Shown here piece by piece: positions 1-12,963 of a stretch of DNA of 31,059 bases (position 1 is its first letter; every line of letters starts with the position of its first letter). The position numbers and the translations under genes were made by a program. Under the pieces are notes generated by a model. It saw only the letters and a program-made list of their open reading frames with translations, was not told the DNA's origin and searched no databases. The stretch is taken from contig CDMY01000683.1 of the NCBI GenBank assembly GCA_001179505.1, positions 1 to 31,059 of the forward strand, in the 5' to 3' direction. This DNA comes from Vitrella brassicaformis CCMP3155. Its lineage: Eukaryota; Protista; Chromerida.

Positions 1-329
1 CGTCCCATCGCCCGCCACTCCTCGCCACTGCCCCGCTCCAGCGCGTAGACCACCTTCAAGCCGGCCTCCACATCACCGCCACTGTCGAAGGCCAACACGT
101 CCGCCAGGCCGAGATGACTGAGGGCCTTGCCAATGTGCTGCTCGACGAGCATCAGGATCTCGGCCACTTCGCCGGCATTGCTGCCATTGATTTGTGAGTG
201 GAGTGCGGCGCGTCTGTTGGGGTCAACGGACATGGCCATGTCGGCGGCCTTGCTGATGGCCGCGCTGCGCAGCGGGGGGACTGCCCGAGGGGCGGTGGGG
301 GGCCGGCCGTTGGCAGGCCGGGACGACAT
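1..329 (-). CDS. Family B protein, copy B1 (5' part only; runs off the window start)
   Basis: Manual minus-strand translation from ATG 329: MSSRPANGRPP...ISKAADMAMSVDPNRRAALHSQ...VEQHIGKALSHLGLADVLAFDSGGDVEAGLKVVYALERGSGEEWRAMGR. This closely matches ORF 23612-24721 (VEQHIEKALNRLGLADVLAFDIGGDVEAGLKAVYVLERGSGEEWRVMGR). It is missing from the ORF track because no stop lies in the window. Upstream exons may exist (candidate intron 409-347). Confidence 0.85.
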   Translation of the reverse strand, partial: MSSRPANGRPPTAPRAVPPLRSAAISKAADMAMSVDPNRRAALHSQINGSNAGEVAEILMLVEQHIGKALSHLGLADVLAFDSGGDVEAGLKVVYALERGSGEEWRAMG

Positions 330-839
330 CGCCACCAGGGAGTGGTCTGGATGAAGAGGGACACACACATGGGAATCAGACCGAGTGAATTGGACGGCAG
401 GATGCTCACCGTCAAAGCTGGGCGAGATGGCAGCAATCGTCACGAACCGCGGTGACTCTGCAGACACACAGCAGCACACACATCTGGGGCGCACGCACGC
501 AGCGCCATGATCACCGCACAGCCTCACCGATGTCAGTCAGTCACGAGAGCCGTGCGACGGCGAGGCCGTCACAGAAGCGCAGACAAAGCGATGAAATGAG
601 TTCGCTATGCGGACGTCGTCACCTCCCGGCACTGAGGCGGGACGGGTGAGGTCTGCAGGCCGGCCACCAGACACGAAGCAGCAGCCGCTATCTGAAGCTT
701 CTTTTGGATTCTTCTGCCTCTCTGGCTGCCATCTCACCCTCCAGTGAGCTCCAAAGGCCAGCAGCGGTTTCAGGGAGCTCCAAAGGCCACCGCTGCGAGC
801 TTCGCACGGATCTCTCCTTCCTTTTTCTTTTCGCGCGTC

Positions 840-953
840 TCCGGTGCCAACAGGGCGGTGGTGGGTCTGTGTGACATACACAAAGTCGCGCTGTGATGAT
901 ATCAATCGGCACAGAGGTCGCCCTCATCGCTCTGGCTGCAGTTGTTGATCTGA
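840..953 (-). promoter_or_regulatory. Conserved intergenic element E, copy 1 (between divergent B1 and A1)
   Basis: Its reverse complement aligns to 18526-18636 with about 6 substitutions and one 3-nt indel (hand count). The function is inferred only from its position. Confidence 0.6.
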
Positions 954-1242
954 CGAATTGAAGTGCGGTGGGGTGGGCAGCAGGAGGTGATGTTGTCATT
1001 CGTGACAGCGTGTGTGATTTCTCTGTGTGTTTGTGGCGGATCTGTGACTCACAGGGTGAGATGGACCAACCGCCAGGATGCTTCGCCGGCATGTTCAACC
1101 TGTGGCGATGGCTGAAGGCCTCACTCACGGTGAGTCAGGCGAAAAAAGAAAGCACCACATGCAATCATGATGGCGCTGGCATATCTAAGACGACACACGC
1201 TGCGAACGGTGACCAATACTATCGCTGCAGAACGACACAATC

Positions 1243-2337
1243 GTGCAGACACACAGCTGTCTGAGTGTGTGTGATGGTATTGCAGGTGTCAGCACTGCAA
1301 CGCCCGTCAACCAGCAGCAGCAGCATGATAGCGCCGTCAGTGCCTCTGACGTACCTGAGGAGGCAGTGCCGACCGTCGCCGAGTACGTCAGGAGCTACTC
1401 ACAGCTGGAGGCTCTCATCGACGCCCATCCCACCCAATTCACAACCGCCGTCCTCCTGCCCATTCTCAAGCAACTGCTTTCTGCCGTGGTGGAAGGCATC
1501 TTTGGTGCATCTGTGGAGGCGACCGTCCCTCAGCTGGCCCTGGACCGAGCCATCATGGTAGCCATCACACGATGGCTGTTCATGCTGGAGCGTGGGGGCG
1601 ATTGGGGGAGGTGGCGGCCCCATTTGGAGCTGCTCTATCACCTACGCGGGAAGAGCCCATTGGTGCTGGGCGATGAGCATTTCAGCGCGTTCGGCAGCCG
1701 GGCGGCCTTCATCGGCGAGCGCGAGGCGGTCTGCCAATGGAGGGTTCTTAGCCGAGAGGTCAATGTCCGTCGTGGAAGCCAACAGATGCGTCTGATGGAT
1801 GGCTGCCGCCTCCCCTTCCTTCTCGACGCACCCAGCCCCCTCTTCCCTCGCGACACATTCGACGCCGCCGACCCGCCCACACAGCTGGACGGCTGGACGT
1901 ACCCCAGTTACGCTTCTTTGGTGGCGTTCAGCCTCTTTAGTTGGCTTCGTGACGGCAGCTACATCACTTTCTCCAGAGACTGTTCGTCTTACTGTCGTGC
2001 TTCTGCCGCATCTCTTCGTGTGCGTGAGCTGCTGGCGGCCCCTCAAAGCGATGCGGCACAGTGGGGTTCGGGGGCGGCCGTCTTCGACAGAAAGTGGCAG
2101 GTGTGGGCGAGGCCATGGCATGAGCGGCTGGTGGTGCTGGGGAGTGAGGTGATGGGCCAGGGGAACATGGCAGCGATTCGGGTGGAGGATTGGGGAGACC
2201 TTCGTTCTGTCAGAGTGTTTACGACAGAGTCTGCCCCCGACGACCGCACGCGCACTACCGTGATGAGAGTACTAGGGCGGCAGTTGGGGGGCAAGGCGTG
2301 GCGGATGGAGGACGAGTGTGGATGCCTTGCAATGTAG
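1243..2337 (+). CDS. Family A protein, copy A1 (lineage-specific, unknown function)
   Basis: 364-aa ORF with motifs SDVP..VAEYVRSYSQL.ALIDAHPTQF, LE.GGDW, FGSR.AF, PSPLFP..FD.ADPPTQ, QWG.G.AVFD, RLVVLGSE and TTESAP.D.TR, all shared with 16652-17875 and 20818-22908. The true start is uncertain. A possible upstream exon 1061-1129 (MDQPPGCFAGMFNLWRWLKASLT, GTGAGT donor) would join in phase to an acceptor at 1230. Confidence 0.8.
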   Translation: MQTHSCLSVCDGIAGVSTATPVNQQQQHDSAVSASDVPEEAVPTVAEYVRSYSQLEALIDAHPTQFTTAVLLPILKQLLSAVVEGIFGASVEATVPQLALDRAIMVAITRWLFMLERGGDWGRWRPHLELLYHLRGKSPLVLGDEHFSAFGSRAAFIGEREAVCQWRVLSREVNVRRGSQQMRLMDGCRLPFLLDAPSPLFPRDTFDAADPPTQLDGWTYPSYASLVAFSLFSWLRDGSYITFSRDCSSYCRASAASLRVRELLAAPQSDAAQWGSGAAVFDRKWQVWARPWHERLVVLGSEVMGQGNMAAIRVEDWGDLRSVRVFTTESAPDDRTRTTVMRVLGRQLGGKAWRMEDECGCLAM

Positions 2338-2671
2338 GCAAGGCAGATGGCCATTGGCCAACCAGATAGGCCAAGAGTGTGATGCTCGTGACTGGCGTGA
2401 GTCACGTTTGTCTACTCATTTCCGGGAGTGATGTTTTTACGTGCCTTCTTTTATCAAGAATGAGGGCTGGTTGTGTGTGGCGTGGCCATCGCATAGAGAC
2501 AGAAGTAGGATGGGAAAGTAAGACTGCTCGTATCTGCTCGTCCATGGGCGAGAATGAAATGCGTGCATCTCTGCAGCCAGCTCATGAGTCACTCGAACAC
2601 GGCCGCACTTGCACACGCTTTCAACTTAGCCCAGAGCTCATCGACACGAGAAAGGTGTATCTGTTGTATGT

Positions 2672-5600
2672 TCATATTTGCAGCACGTAGGCCTTAAGAG
2701 TGACAGAGAATTCCTGTGTGGACGGGCAGCCAGAGGGCACATAGCCGCCCGACAGCACGACCTTGGCTTGGGCAGTGACCCACATGCCGACGCCAGCCAG
2801 CATGGGCAAAGCTGCCGACTGCAGGGGGAGGACATTCAGGCATTCATTCGCAGAGCTGTTTTGTCTGTCTCTGTGCCTCATCACGTGTGTGTGCGTGCAG
2901 CGTGCCTCTGTAGTATCGCCGTCTCTCATGAAGCTGAATGTCACCTTCTGGCTGCCGCCTGAAGGAACGGTGACACACAAGGAGGCCCCCTTGTGTGTGG
3001 TGCGTGTGGTGCGCGTAATTGTGTGGATGTGTGTGTGGGTGCAGACCGCTCTGCACTGTGCCCTTGCTGCTGTCGACGGTGAAATACTTGGACGCATCGG
3101 ACTGCAGGGAAGACACACACACGTGTGGGTCGATGGAGAGACATATAATTGGCACACACACAGCGGAGAGAGACCTGTAAGATAGCGACATCAAAGTTGC
3201 CGCCTCCGCCCTTGCCCTCGGCCTTGCCCTCCCCACGGGTGCCGGGCGGCCAGCAGCAGCACACCAACAGCGACTGCGTGCTCTGCACCCACAACCACAA
3301 CCACAACCACAACCACACACACACGCACACACACACACACATTGATGCCTGTGCCTGTGTGTAGGTGCTGGGGGAACTGACGGTGCTGCTTTCTTTGTCG
3401 AAGGTCAGGTGGAATTGGCGTGACGGGTCGATTGGTGTCTCTGCCTGCTGCTGCTGCTGCTGCTTGTCCTTCTTGTCGGCAGCAGCCTTCCCCTTGGCTG
3501 CCTCGGGCGTCTTGGTCTCCTCTCTCTCCTGCGGCTCGTCGGCTGCCGATATGTCGGTGGCCAGGGGGTGGACAGATGGCTGCACGCACACACACATAGG
3601 CAGGAGAGGATGCATGTGTAAGAGTGCAGGTACGCACCTGTCGGTCGAAAGCGCATGGAGGCTCGTCGTAGGTGAGGTACATCTGTGTGTTAATGTGTTG
3701 GGGGGGATGGGACAAGAGCACAGAGCACACAAACGCGACAAACGTGTGTGTGTGTGTGTGGCTGTTTGCCGAGTAAGTGAGTAGTTACTTGGTATTTCCT
3801 GCAGGTGGCGTAGAGGTAGAAGTACTGCGGGGGCGAGTTGAATATCGGACACTTGACCTGACAAAGACACAGAAGCGGCACAAATGCATAAGCACATTGT
3901 ACCAGACGCACGTACAGCACATACCCAGTACTTCTCTCTGTAGACGTCTTTCGCCTTGAATGGCCTACGAGCCCACACACACAGAAATGGACATGTGTGC
4001 CCCTGCCGGCCGACAGATAAGCTCACCTGAATGTCACTGTAAGGTCCACCTGCCCGTCTGCCTCCACCGTGCCCTTGGCAGGCACCACAGAGAAGGCAGG
4101 CAGCCTGAAAACACCACCAAACCCACACATAGGCACCTAACACATCCATGTGCGTGTGGCTAAGCTACTTCGCGGACCCATCAGTGTTGGCCGGCTCCCG
4201 CACACACTCAACCAGCGTGTAGGGGAGGGGATACGCAGAGGGATTCTGAATCGACACCGTCTGTGTGAGGAAGTCAGAGTGACCTGCACACGCCCATACA
4301 TTCACACACGCACACATGGATGGATGGATGGATAGATGCGTACGCACCATCGACGAGTGCGTCCATGTCAACGATGCCGTCTGTTGGCACGAGGGCACAC
4401 AGGGGGGTCACTCCACGGCCAGACAGGGGGAGGGAGACGCTGCATTCATATGCGCAGATCCGTCTGTCGTTCTCTCTGTGTGTGTGTGTGTGTCTGTGCG
4501 ATAGAGAGACCTACCTGGTCCTCTCTGAGTGAATGCGCAGCTCTGAGACATACGCCTACACCCCCGCACCCACGGATATGTGCATACATACACAGAAAGA
4601 GACAGACCTGAGTGCTGGGCGGTTTGAAGCGCACGGACAGCGCAAAGGGGCGGCTGCCCACCTGCACACACAGTGTCACACACACAGAATTCCATGTGTT
4701 CATTCATGTGGTGTTGTACAAGCCTACAGGTCTTGGCGCATTCACTGTCGCAAAGCCAGAGGACTGCGGCAGAGTGTCGACCCTTCAGACCCACACACGG
4801 CACAAGAAATACACAAATGTGGGTGTGTGTCCTGCATCGATGGATTACCGACCGAATGTGATGGCGTCCCTCCTGCGGGAAGGCGTTGGTGAGGGTTACG
4901 TGCATTATACTGATGGATGGCGAACATGACACAAAAGCAATAAGTAGGCAGGGAGATATGTGTGTGTGTCTCATTCTCAGATGTGCCCGCCAACCGAACC
5001 GTTCCTCGCCCACAGACACGTCGCCGAAGCGCAGCTCAGACGGCTCGTATCTGCATTGCAGTGGATTCGTGTGCGTGGATATATGTGAATACATTCCTAT
5101 GGATCGGTACCTCAGTGAGGCCGCCACTGTGCACGTGTGCGCTTCCATGAAGACCGTGTGGCTGCTGCCAGCTGGAAGATCGATGCACATACAGGGTCTG
5201 TCTCTGTGTTTGTGTGTGTATGTGTGTGTGTCCGTTCCCCACCATCCCGTCATACCATTCTTGTTGCTTTCTGTGTGGAAGTAAATGGGTATTTTCCAGC
5301 TGCAGTGCACAGAAGTGTCGCTGCGGTCGGGACGGGTGTACCTGCACATTGGCCACAGCCATGCATCGACATGTGGTCACAGAGCAACCCACCTACCGTC
5401 TCCCGCCGGATTGTCGAATGCGCGTGGCGATGTCCGCTTTTTCCTTCACACATTTGTGCATGCAAGACATGCATACGATACGATGTGTGTACTTGTGTCC
5501 ACATATATGTGCATCGATCGGTGGTCCGTACGTACCTGGGGCTCTGTGGCGCTTTGCTCGTCCTCTTTCTCCTCATCTTCTTTCTGCTCCGTACCCTCAG

Positions 5601-8600
5601 CTGTCAGTCACACACGCATCGCATCAGTACGAAGAGAAGCGTGGCATCTTTACCCACCGTCTGTCTGTGTGGGTTTCGGGTCGTCTGTTAGAGTGCGATA
5701 AGCCTCCGTCGGTGTGAAGGCGATCTGTGTGTGCGCGAGAGTGCAGGCACACGCAGCCGTCCATCGCTGTCCATGCTGCCGACCTGTATGCGTCTGGTCT
5801 CCTGAGGGGCGAGTTTTGCGTACAGCGGGCCGATCGACAAGACGCTGTATGCATGTAGTACACGTGCGCGCGTCTCTTGTTTCTCCTTCGCTGTCTCTTT
5901 CTTTTTGTGTGTGCTGGACGGTACCTGAGCTCTACTGGTGGAGAGGCTATGTTGACCGTCTGTGTGTGCACACGCACACACACATCCGTCTTGGCATTTT
6001 CAGGCCTTCGCTCCACTCACTCACTCACCACATGGCTTTTGGTGCTGGTATTTTGGATGACGCAGCTCGCGCGCACCGACTCGTTTACCGGAATGCTGTC
6101 GACATACAGACATGAGACAGACAGGCACACGTGTACACGTCTGCACCGGTCGCAGGGGATGCGCTTGTGTGTACCGACCTGGCGAGTTTGCATATGGTGG
6201 GATATATGCGTATTGGGCAGAAGACGCCCTTGCCCGTGCACTTGATGGGCACCTGCAGAAGAACATTCGCGTCTCGGTGTGTGCAGGCCCCGCAAAGGGG
6301 CAGGTGTGTGTCGTTGGTTGCCTCTTTTGCACACAGGTCGCCGTATTGCACTTTGAGCTTCAGCGTCTCGCTCTGGGTGCATACACAAACCATGCACAAA
6401 CAAAGAGATGAGATAAGGTAGGTTGTGTGTACTTACTACCATGTCCATTGCTGCGTCTGGTGTGTATGTGACCATCAGGCGCTGCGTGTCGCCGCCTGCA
6501 TGCATGTAAAACAACGTGTTGTGGTGTGTTGTGTCAGTGATGTGACGCTTGCCTACCCAGTATGACGCCGATGCTATCTTCCTTCTCGATGGCTGGCCAC
6601 ACACACATACCCACACACGCACGTCTATGTGCATCACACACATCTGCACATACGTACGTGGCTCGTCCTCATTTTGGTTGCTGTCGTCCTGACACACACA
6701 CGCACACGCACACACATACACACACGCACACACGCACACACACACACACACACGGACAAATACACACACATGGAGCCACACATGTGACGTCAACTTACGT
6801 TTTGCGATCCGACGGGAAAAGCCTGCACACAGAGAGAGACACGGAGAGGTACAGACACAGAGAGAGACAGCAAAGAAACAGTCCACATACTCACATAAAC
6901 ACACACACCCATGGGGAAACGATATGTCTCACTTTGAAGATGCTTCTCATCTTGGTCAGCCCGTATGTGCAGGGCAGCATGCATCTGTTGGTCAGCCGCA
7001 CCAGCAGCGACCGGCCAGTACCCACAAACACCTGCATCCGTCGGCACACACGGGGATGCATGTGTTTGTGTCATCAATAATCCTGCCCTCGCACCGAGCC
7101 AAAATGCAGCTGCCTGCAAACACAGAGAGACACATACGGTGCTACCATGCAAATGCTGGCGCCGAGCCACGAACTTGGGCGTTATGTTTATCTTTGCCAG
7201 AGTGAGAGTGCCTGTGAGGTGCGTCACCGCCGGCAACACCTGCATATGTACCCAGCATTCACGCATTGATGTCCATATGTGTGTGGGCGTGTAGGTACCT
7301 GGTCAGCACCCCTGACAACCACAGGGATGTTGAAGCGATCGCACACCACACTAGCATCTGGTAATGATGATGGCGCAGCGACCTGATGGATGAACGACAC
7401 CCGTGCACATCCGTGTGTGCTGCTGCTGGTGGTGCGTACTGTCTCTGCTGCTGCTGGTGGTTGCTGCTCGTCGGCATCCTCGGCGCTTCCCCCTTCGTCT
7501 TCACCGCCCTCCTGCGCATTCGTGAATTCATTAACTAACACGCTCTTTCTCGTCTGCATGCCCTCTCTGTGGCTTATTCCTCCCCCTCTGTCTCACGTAC
7601 GTACGTCATCAGCACTTTTCTGTTCTTCCTGCGCGTCAGCCGCTCCCTCCTGCACACAGACAGACAGACAGACAGACACACCCAACTACACTGACATACA
7701 GAAAGACAGGGGGACAGAAGTGTGGGCGGATTTGTGTGCCTGTGTCTGCTGCTGCTGCTGCTGCTGGTCTTGTTGCTCCTGTAGGTGGTCGGTATATTGT
7801 GGGTGTCGGGTGCAGAAGCCCTCATGGGGGGCGAAGCGCACGTTGAGCACCAGAGACGAGTGGCCCTGCGTGTACACACACACACCCATTGGTGTGTGCC
7901 AGGTAGACGGGCAGATGGACATACACACTTGTATGAAGGCCATGGTGGGGTTGAAGGAGAGCTCCTCGGTGTTCTGGCTGGGCTGGTCGATCCATATCTT
8001 CATTGCCGTCGGCTGCCTGCATTGCAGTGCAGTCCATTCCGTTGTGTATGCACACACACACAGGCGATTTCCGCTTTTTTACCTGTTGCTGACCACAATC
8101 TGGTGGCGGAATGTGTGACCTGCCAGCCATAAGCGCACACACGGGTACATTCATGTGCGTTGATATGTCTCTCTCTGTCTCTCTGTGTGTCTCGCTGACC
8201 GTAGGTGATGGTGTTGAAGTCATAGATCGGCTGCTCGATGTACACCGGCACATCCACACACTCACAGCTGCACACACAGATACAGACACATACGCAGCTG
8301 TGCTCTGTGATAGTGTACCAGCCCACCTTAGGATGGCCACAGTGCTGTCCGTGTTCTGTGCGTCCAGCACAAACGCGGCAGTGTACACGCCGCTCTCCAC
8401 TGGGGAAAACTTCACGCACAAGGCACAGCAAGACACACAGTGGGTGGCGGGCGACTGATGCCGCTGACCCACCCTCCCACCCACCGTGAATTTGATCTTG
8501 TGCGTGTCGTGTGCCATGAAAGTGCCCTCCTTGCTGACGATGTCCAGGCGATCCACAAAGGCTTGGGAGCTGTCAAGTGCTGCATACACACACGCACACA

Positions 8601-11600
8601 TGCGTACCATTGTTTTCACGTGTGAATGCGCACACGTACATGCAGTCTCCTGCTGTATTTCGTTGATGAGCTTCTCGTCGTCTGTGAGCAGGTGGCGGGC
8701 CCTCGTCTGTCCATTGTGGTGTTGTGGACACACAGACACTCTCATACACGCAAGAAAAGGTCAGTCAGAGTGCCTACCTGCAAGTCTTCTGTAGGCATCA
8801 GTGGCCTGAGCTGATAAAGGAGAGAGAGAGACATACATGTGTGTGTATGTGTGTATGTGTGTGTGTATGTGTGAGGAGGAGCTTTCAACAGACAGATCCC
8901 AGCGTACATGGAAGTCGGCTGCAAGGGCCCCCTCATTCTTCACCGTCAGAACGGACGACACACTCTCGCCCCTGCACACACACAGGTAGTAGGTTTCTTG
9001 GGGGGAAGGGCTGGGCTGGCATACCTGAGCACTCGTTTCATCCTGATGTGTATGTATGAGTCGGCTGCAGATTGCGGTGGATCGAACACCAGCACTGCCA
9101 CACACACGTACACGTGTTGCACGTCTTCATGTCTCTCTGCGTGTTAAAGCACAGACCCGTTCTCTTTTTCCTGCAGACGATGGGGATGTCCTCCCTGCCG
9201 GTCTTGGCCAGCAGCGGCAGACAAGTGTACACGTCCTCATTCACCTTCATGCACCCATGACATGCGCACAGCTCCGTGTAGATAGATGCATGTCGCACGC
9301 ACCATTTTGTCCAGATTTGTCGTGCACACATACCTTCGGTGAGAACTGAATGTTGAGAGTGCACGAGGTGCCTGCAGACATCCGGCCGGGCGGGGGCAAG
9401 GACACCTGTACACTCACACATACACACATCGACCGACACGCACAAGTCCATCCATCCATCCATCCATCGATCCATGTGTGTGCGAAGCTTACATGGAAGA
9501 AGTCTCTGGCTTTATCCTCGATGGGCATCGTCCGGAAGTGGTTGAACGAGAGGCTCACGTTGGTCAGCTGCACCTGCTGCGCGTACACCTCACCCACCTA
9601 CGCACACACACAGACAGACACGTGCGCATTTTCCATTTATATCCTCCGCATCTGTGGTGTATGTGTGTGCTTGTGTACGTCGAAGTCGTTGAACTGAATG
9701 ACGGCTGGTTTTGAGAGGAAGGAGCGGCCCCTGTGGACGCGATTGCACACCTGAGTGAGTGAATGGCGAGCGGCGAATGCATGTGTGTGTGTGTGTGTGT
9801 GTGTATGCATGCAGAATGGTGAGTACCTTCTGCACTTCCCCCTGCTCAATCCACTTTCGGTGCCTTTCACGCGCCCTCTCTCTGCATATGTGTGTATGTG
9901 ACGGCAGACAAATACGTCATGTATATGTAGATGTCTGTTGGTCGAGCGATCACCGGTATGATCTCTCCAGCTGTGTGTCCTTGGGCACCCAAAGCTTGCC
10001 CTCGCCCTCATCAGATCCGTCCTCTTCCTGCGCGTGCATGACATGTGCTTGTGGGGTGTGGATGTTTGTGAATCGGTGGGTGTAGTGTGGGAGTGAAGAA
10101 AAGTGTGCAAGAGTACCCACGTCGGTGTCTTCATCTGAGGTGTCCATGGCCCGTGCGTGGGGCGCCTAAGCACACACACACACACGTATTACATGTCTGT
10201 CATCATATACCTCTCTCCCTCTCTGTGTCTATCGATTTTCTACCTCCTCCTCTGTCTCTTGTTTGTCTTCTTGTGTTGCCGTCGTGAAGGGGTCCTCTTC
10301 ATGCGCCAATGGATCCACAAACTGCGTCCCGTCCTGTCATATCCACACATACATACAGACACACAAATGCGTCTGTGTGTCGTGCGAATGGGTACGTGCC
10401 TGTGTGACAAGTCCCTTTCGTTTCAGCTTGGTCTCCTCTCTGGTCAGGATGGCCTCATGAATAAGGCCAGCCGAGCCAGCAGGAGGGGCCATCCTACACA
10501 CGTATCCACACACACACATCCACACACACATGTGCAAGCCGTCCTCGAGTGTGTGTATGGTTACCCCATTCCTATTTTGGGCGTCTTGATGAGTGTGAGC
10601 TTGGAGGGAAATATGTGCTGCAGACGACTGGTCGGATCCAATGTCTCGTTGCCAGCTACAAACATCCACACACACACACACACACACACGCGTGCGCACA
10701 GACAGAGAGAGAGAGATGGATGGATGGATGGATGGGTGTGGGCACTCACTTACCGATAGTTTTGTGTCGGATGTATTTCGCGTTCTGCTGGTCCTTGTTC
10801 AGGCCACCTGAATGCGCAAAGCAGTGCTGAGAACCATGCAAGGGCATAAATACACACTGACACCCCTGTGTGTACTCACCAGCTGCAGCGCGCTGTGACA
10901 GTCGCTCGGCCAGAGCTCTCCTGCAAACATACACACGTACATGCGTGTACGTGTACCTGTGTGTATCTGTGTGTATGGTGCACACCGACGGACCGACCGT
11001 CTTTTCTGTTCGTCTTTGTTGTGTGTGTGTTCCTCTGCGGCCATCCTTCGGGCGAGCACCTCGCGGCCCTCACGCAACCTCCCCTCTGCTGCGCTGTGCG
11101 TGCTGTCCTGTGGTGTGTGGACATGCGGGAACACATACTCACATTTGCAGTGTGGCGGATTGTGGCTGCCTGCCTGCCTGCCTGTTGTTTCTTGAGAGCC
11201 TCGCGTCTGAAAATCTCATAGGGGTTGATGCCCTCGCTGAATGAATGGATATACACGCATTCACACATAGGTGCCTCCCTCTGTGCGGATTGGGTGGCCC
11301 CAAGTACCCTGCCTACCTCATAAGCCGCTCTTTGTCCCTTTCCAGCCTCTCCTTCATTGCATTCTCGGCCTTGACGTGACGCGCGCGCACTGCCGACAAA
11401 TGAGATTTCACCTGAATGAATGAATGCACATTCCATTCATGCAGACATCCTCGCATGTCATCCCTGTGTGTGTGTGGGGGGGGGGGGAGGAGGGGAAACG
11501 TGCCTTGTCAATGTTGCCTTTGAGATTCACGATCCTGTCTGCCTTTGCAGTGAACTCGTCCTCCTCTGCCTCACGCACAAGCGCCTCGTCGTGCCTCATG

Positions 11601-12963
11601 GCCGACTGTCGTGTGCACACACACATTTAGAGGTCCACAAGCCATGTTCTGCGAACGGGATGGATCGGTGGATGGACCAACAAATGCAGGTACCTGCACT
11701 TTCTTCAGTCTCATTTTGGCCATCCGCTGGCCGTCCGTCTCGCCCTCATAAGAAGGTTTTCCTGCCACCTGCACGCACAAACGCGTAATACTGTTGCGCT
11801 GTCTGCACGCAGGCAGGCAGGCAGGAAGGCCTATATGTGCACTGCACGGGTACCTCTTTGCGTGTCACGTCGATCTTGTGCTGCAGGTCCTTCAACGCCC
11901 TCTTGCCGCGCTTCTCTTCCGCTTTTCTCTTCTCACCTGCAAGCCTACACACCAATCACGAGGACGGTGGCACACACCAATATATGTGTAGGGTGCGTCT
12001 GCTCAATCTGGGTGTGGTGTGTTTGTGTTGGGGGAGAGAGGGGGTTACTTGTGCGCTGCAGCAGTTGCTGCTTCCCGTGTGTGTTGGTCTTTGTCCGCCT
12101 CTCCCTTTCTGTGAATGCCCGGAATCTGCACGTCCATCTCTCTCATCTGCAGCTCGTGTGCGTGGACGCGGCTCTCGCACTCGGACACACTGCACGCCAC
12201 GCCGCCATTCCCACACACACCCAATTAATCGCATATCAGAGTTTGTGCCTGTACGTGTGGTGTGCGCACTGTAGGTCTGTGTGTGTGTACCGTTTCCAGG
12301 CCCTCTGAATCTCCTGCCGGTTGTATTCCCTGGCCGCCTCGTCTCCTTCACCTTCATGAGCGGCCGCCTCCTTGGCAGCTGAGTGAGGTATATATCCATT
12401 CCATCCGATGTGGGATGTGTTCATCTTGCCTTGCCACCACTCCACTTGGCAAGCACTGGCTGACCCGCTTACTTACCCGTCTCCTGCACACGCAAGCCAT
12501 CCATGGCGCGCTGCAAGTTGGTTTGCAGCCGAGACCACTCCTGCCTGCACAACAACATACGCGCGTATTGGGTGGTGGATATGGCGTCTGCAGCATTGGC
12601 TGCCTCTCCTGCCTCCGTCTGACTTCATTCGTTCGTTCTGCCGCATTCGGCGCAGGTCGACGTCTGCCTGTGGCTGGGTGCCCCTGCACACAGACACACA
12701 CAGAGAGGAAGATGGATTTGCATACTTACTGTACATGCATTCACATGCTGTCCATAGACGCGTGCATACGTCGTTGCCTGCTTTGGTTGCCACCGGCTCG
12801 CCTCCTTCCCGAGCACTGGCCCAAGGCCAGACAGCATCAGATTCTCTCCTTCTTGAAGTTCGTCAGCCATGCTCATCGGCCCGATGGCATCATGCCCATG
12901 GAGCAAGGGGGGCGGATCCACCATTTCCCCTGCCGCGTACTCCTGATCACTCTCGTCGCTCAT
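2672..12963 (-). CDS. CFAP74: Cilia- and flagella-associated protein 74 (multi-exon, dozens of short introns)
   Basis: Stitched exons give MSDESDQEY... (ATG 12963), an N-terminal coiled coil with NPYEIFRREALKKQ, and then GRSFLSKPAVIQFNDFDV / GEVYAQQVQLTNVSLSFNHFRTMPIEDKARDFFHV / PPPGRMSAGTSCTLNIQFSPKV / NEDVYTCLPLLAKTGREDIPIVCRKK. This matches my recollection of the CFAP74 first ASH/Ig-like domain. Further ASH-like exons follow, ending in WVTAQAKVVLSGGYVP...TLKAYVLQI* (TGA 2672-2674). Not every exon boundary was resolved. Confidence 0.85.
3290..3340. repeat. Compound microsatellite (CACAAC)n followed by (CA)n in a CFAP74 intron; representative of many intronic CA/TG, GATG and CAGA repeats in the window
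   Basis: Directly visible tandem units. Confidence 0.9.

Noticed and set aside
688-1128. Similar peptides TSVPID.ITARLCVCHTDPPPPCWHR in ORFs 688-1128 and 18486-18689 as a third small protein in the cassette
   Set aside because: They merely translate element E. The similarity is equally high in all frames, starts and ends are not conserved, and copies 3 and 4 break the frame.
3425-3470. PolyQ tracts in CFAP74 (also ~7745-7770) as a notable feature
   Set aside because: Low-complexity linker insertions are ordinary in this type of genome.
2941-8745. Long ORFs such as 2941-4149, 4408-5349, 6017-6904 and 7822-8745 as independent genes
   Set aside because: They are read-throughs of CFAP74 exons plus CA/TG-rich introns (VCVC/HTHT runs), which lack stop codons.
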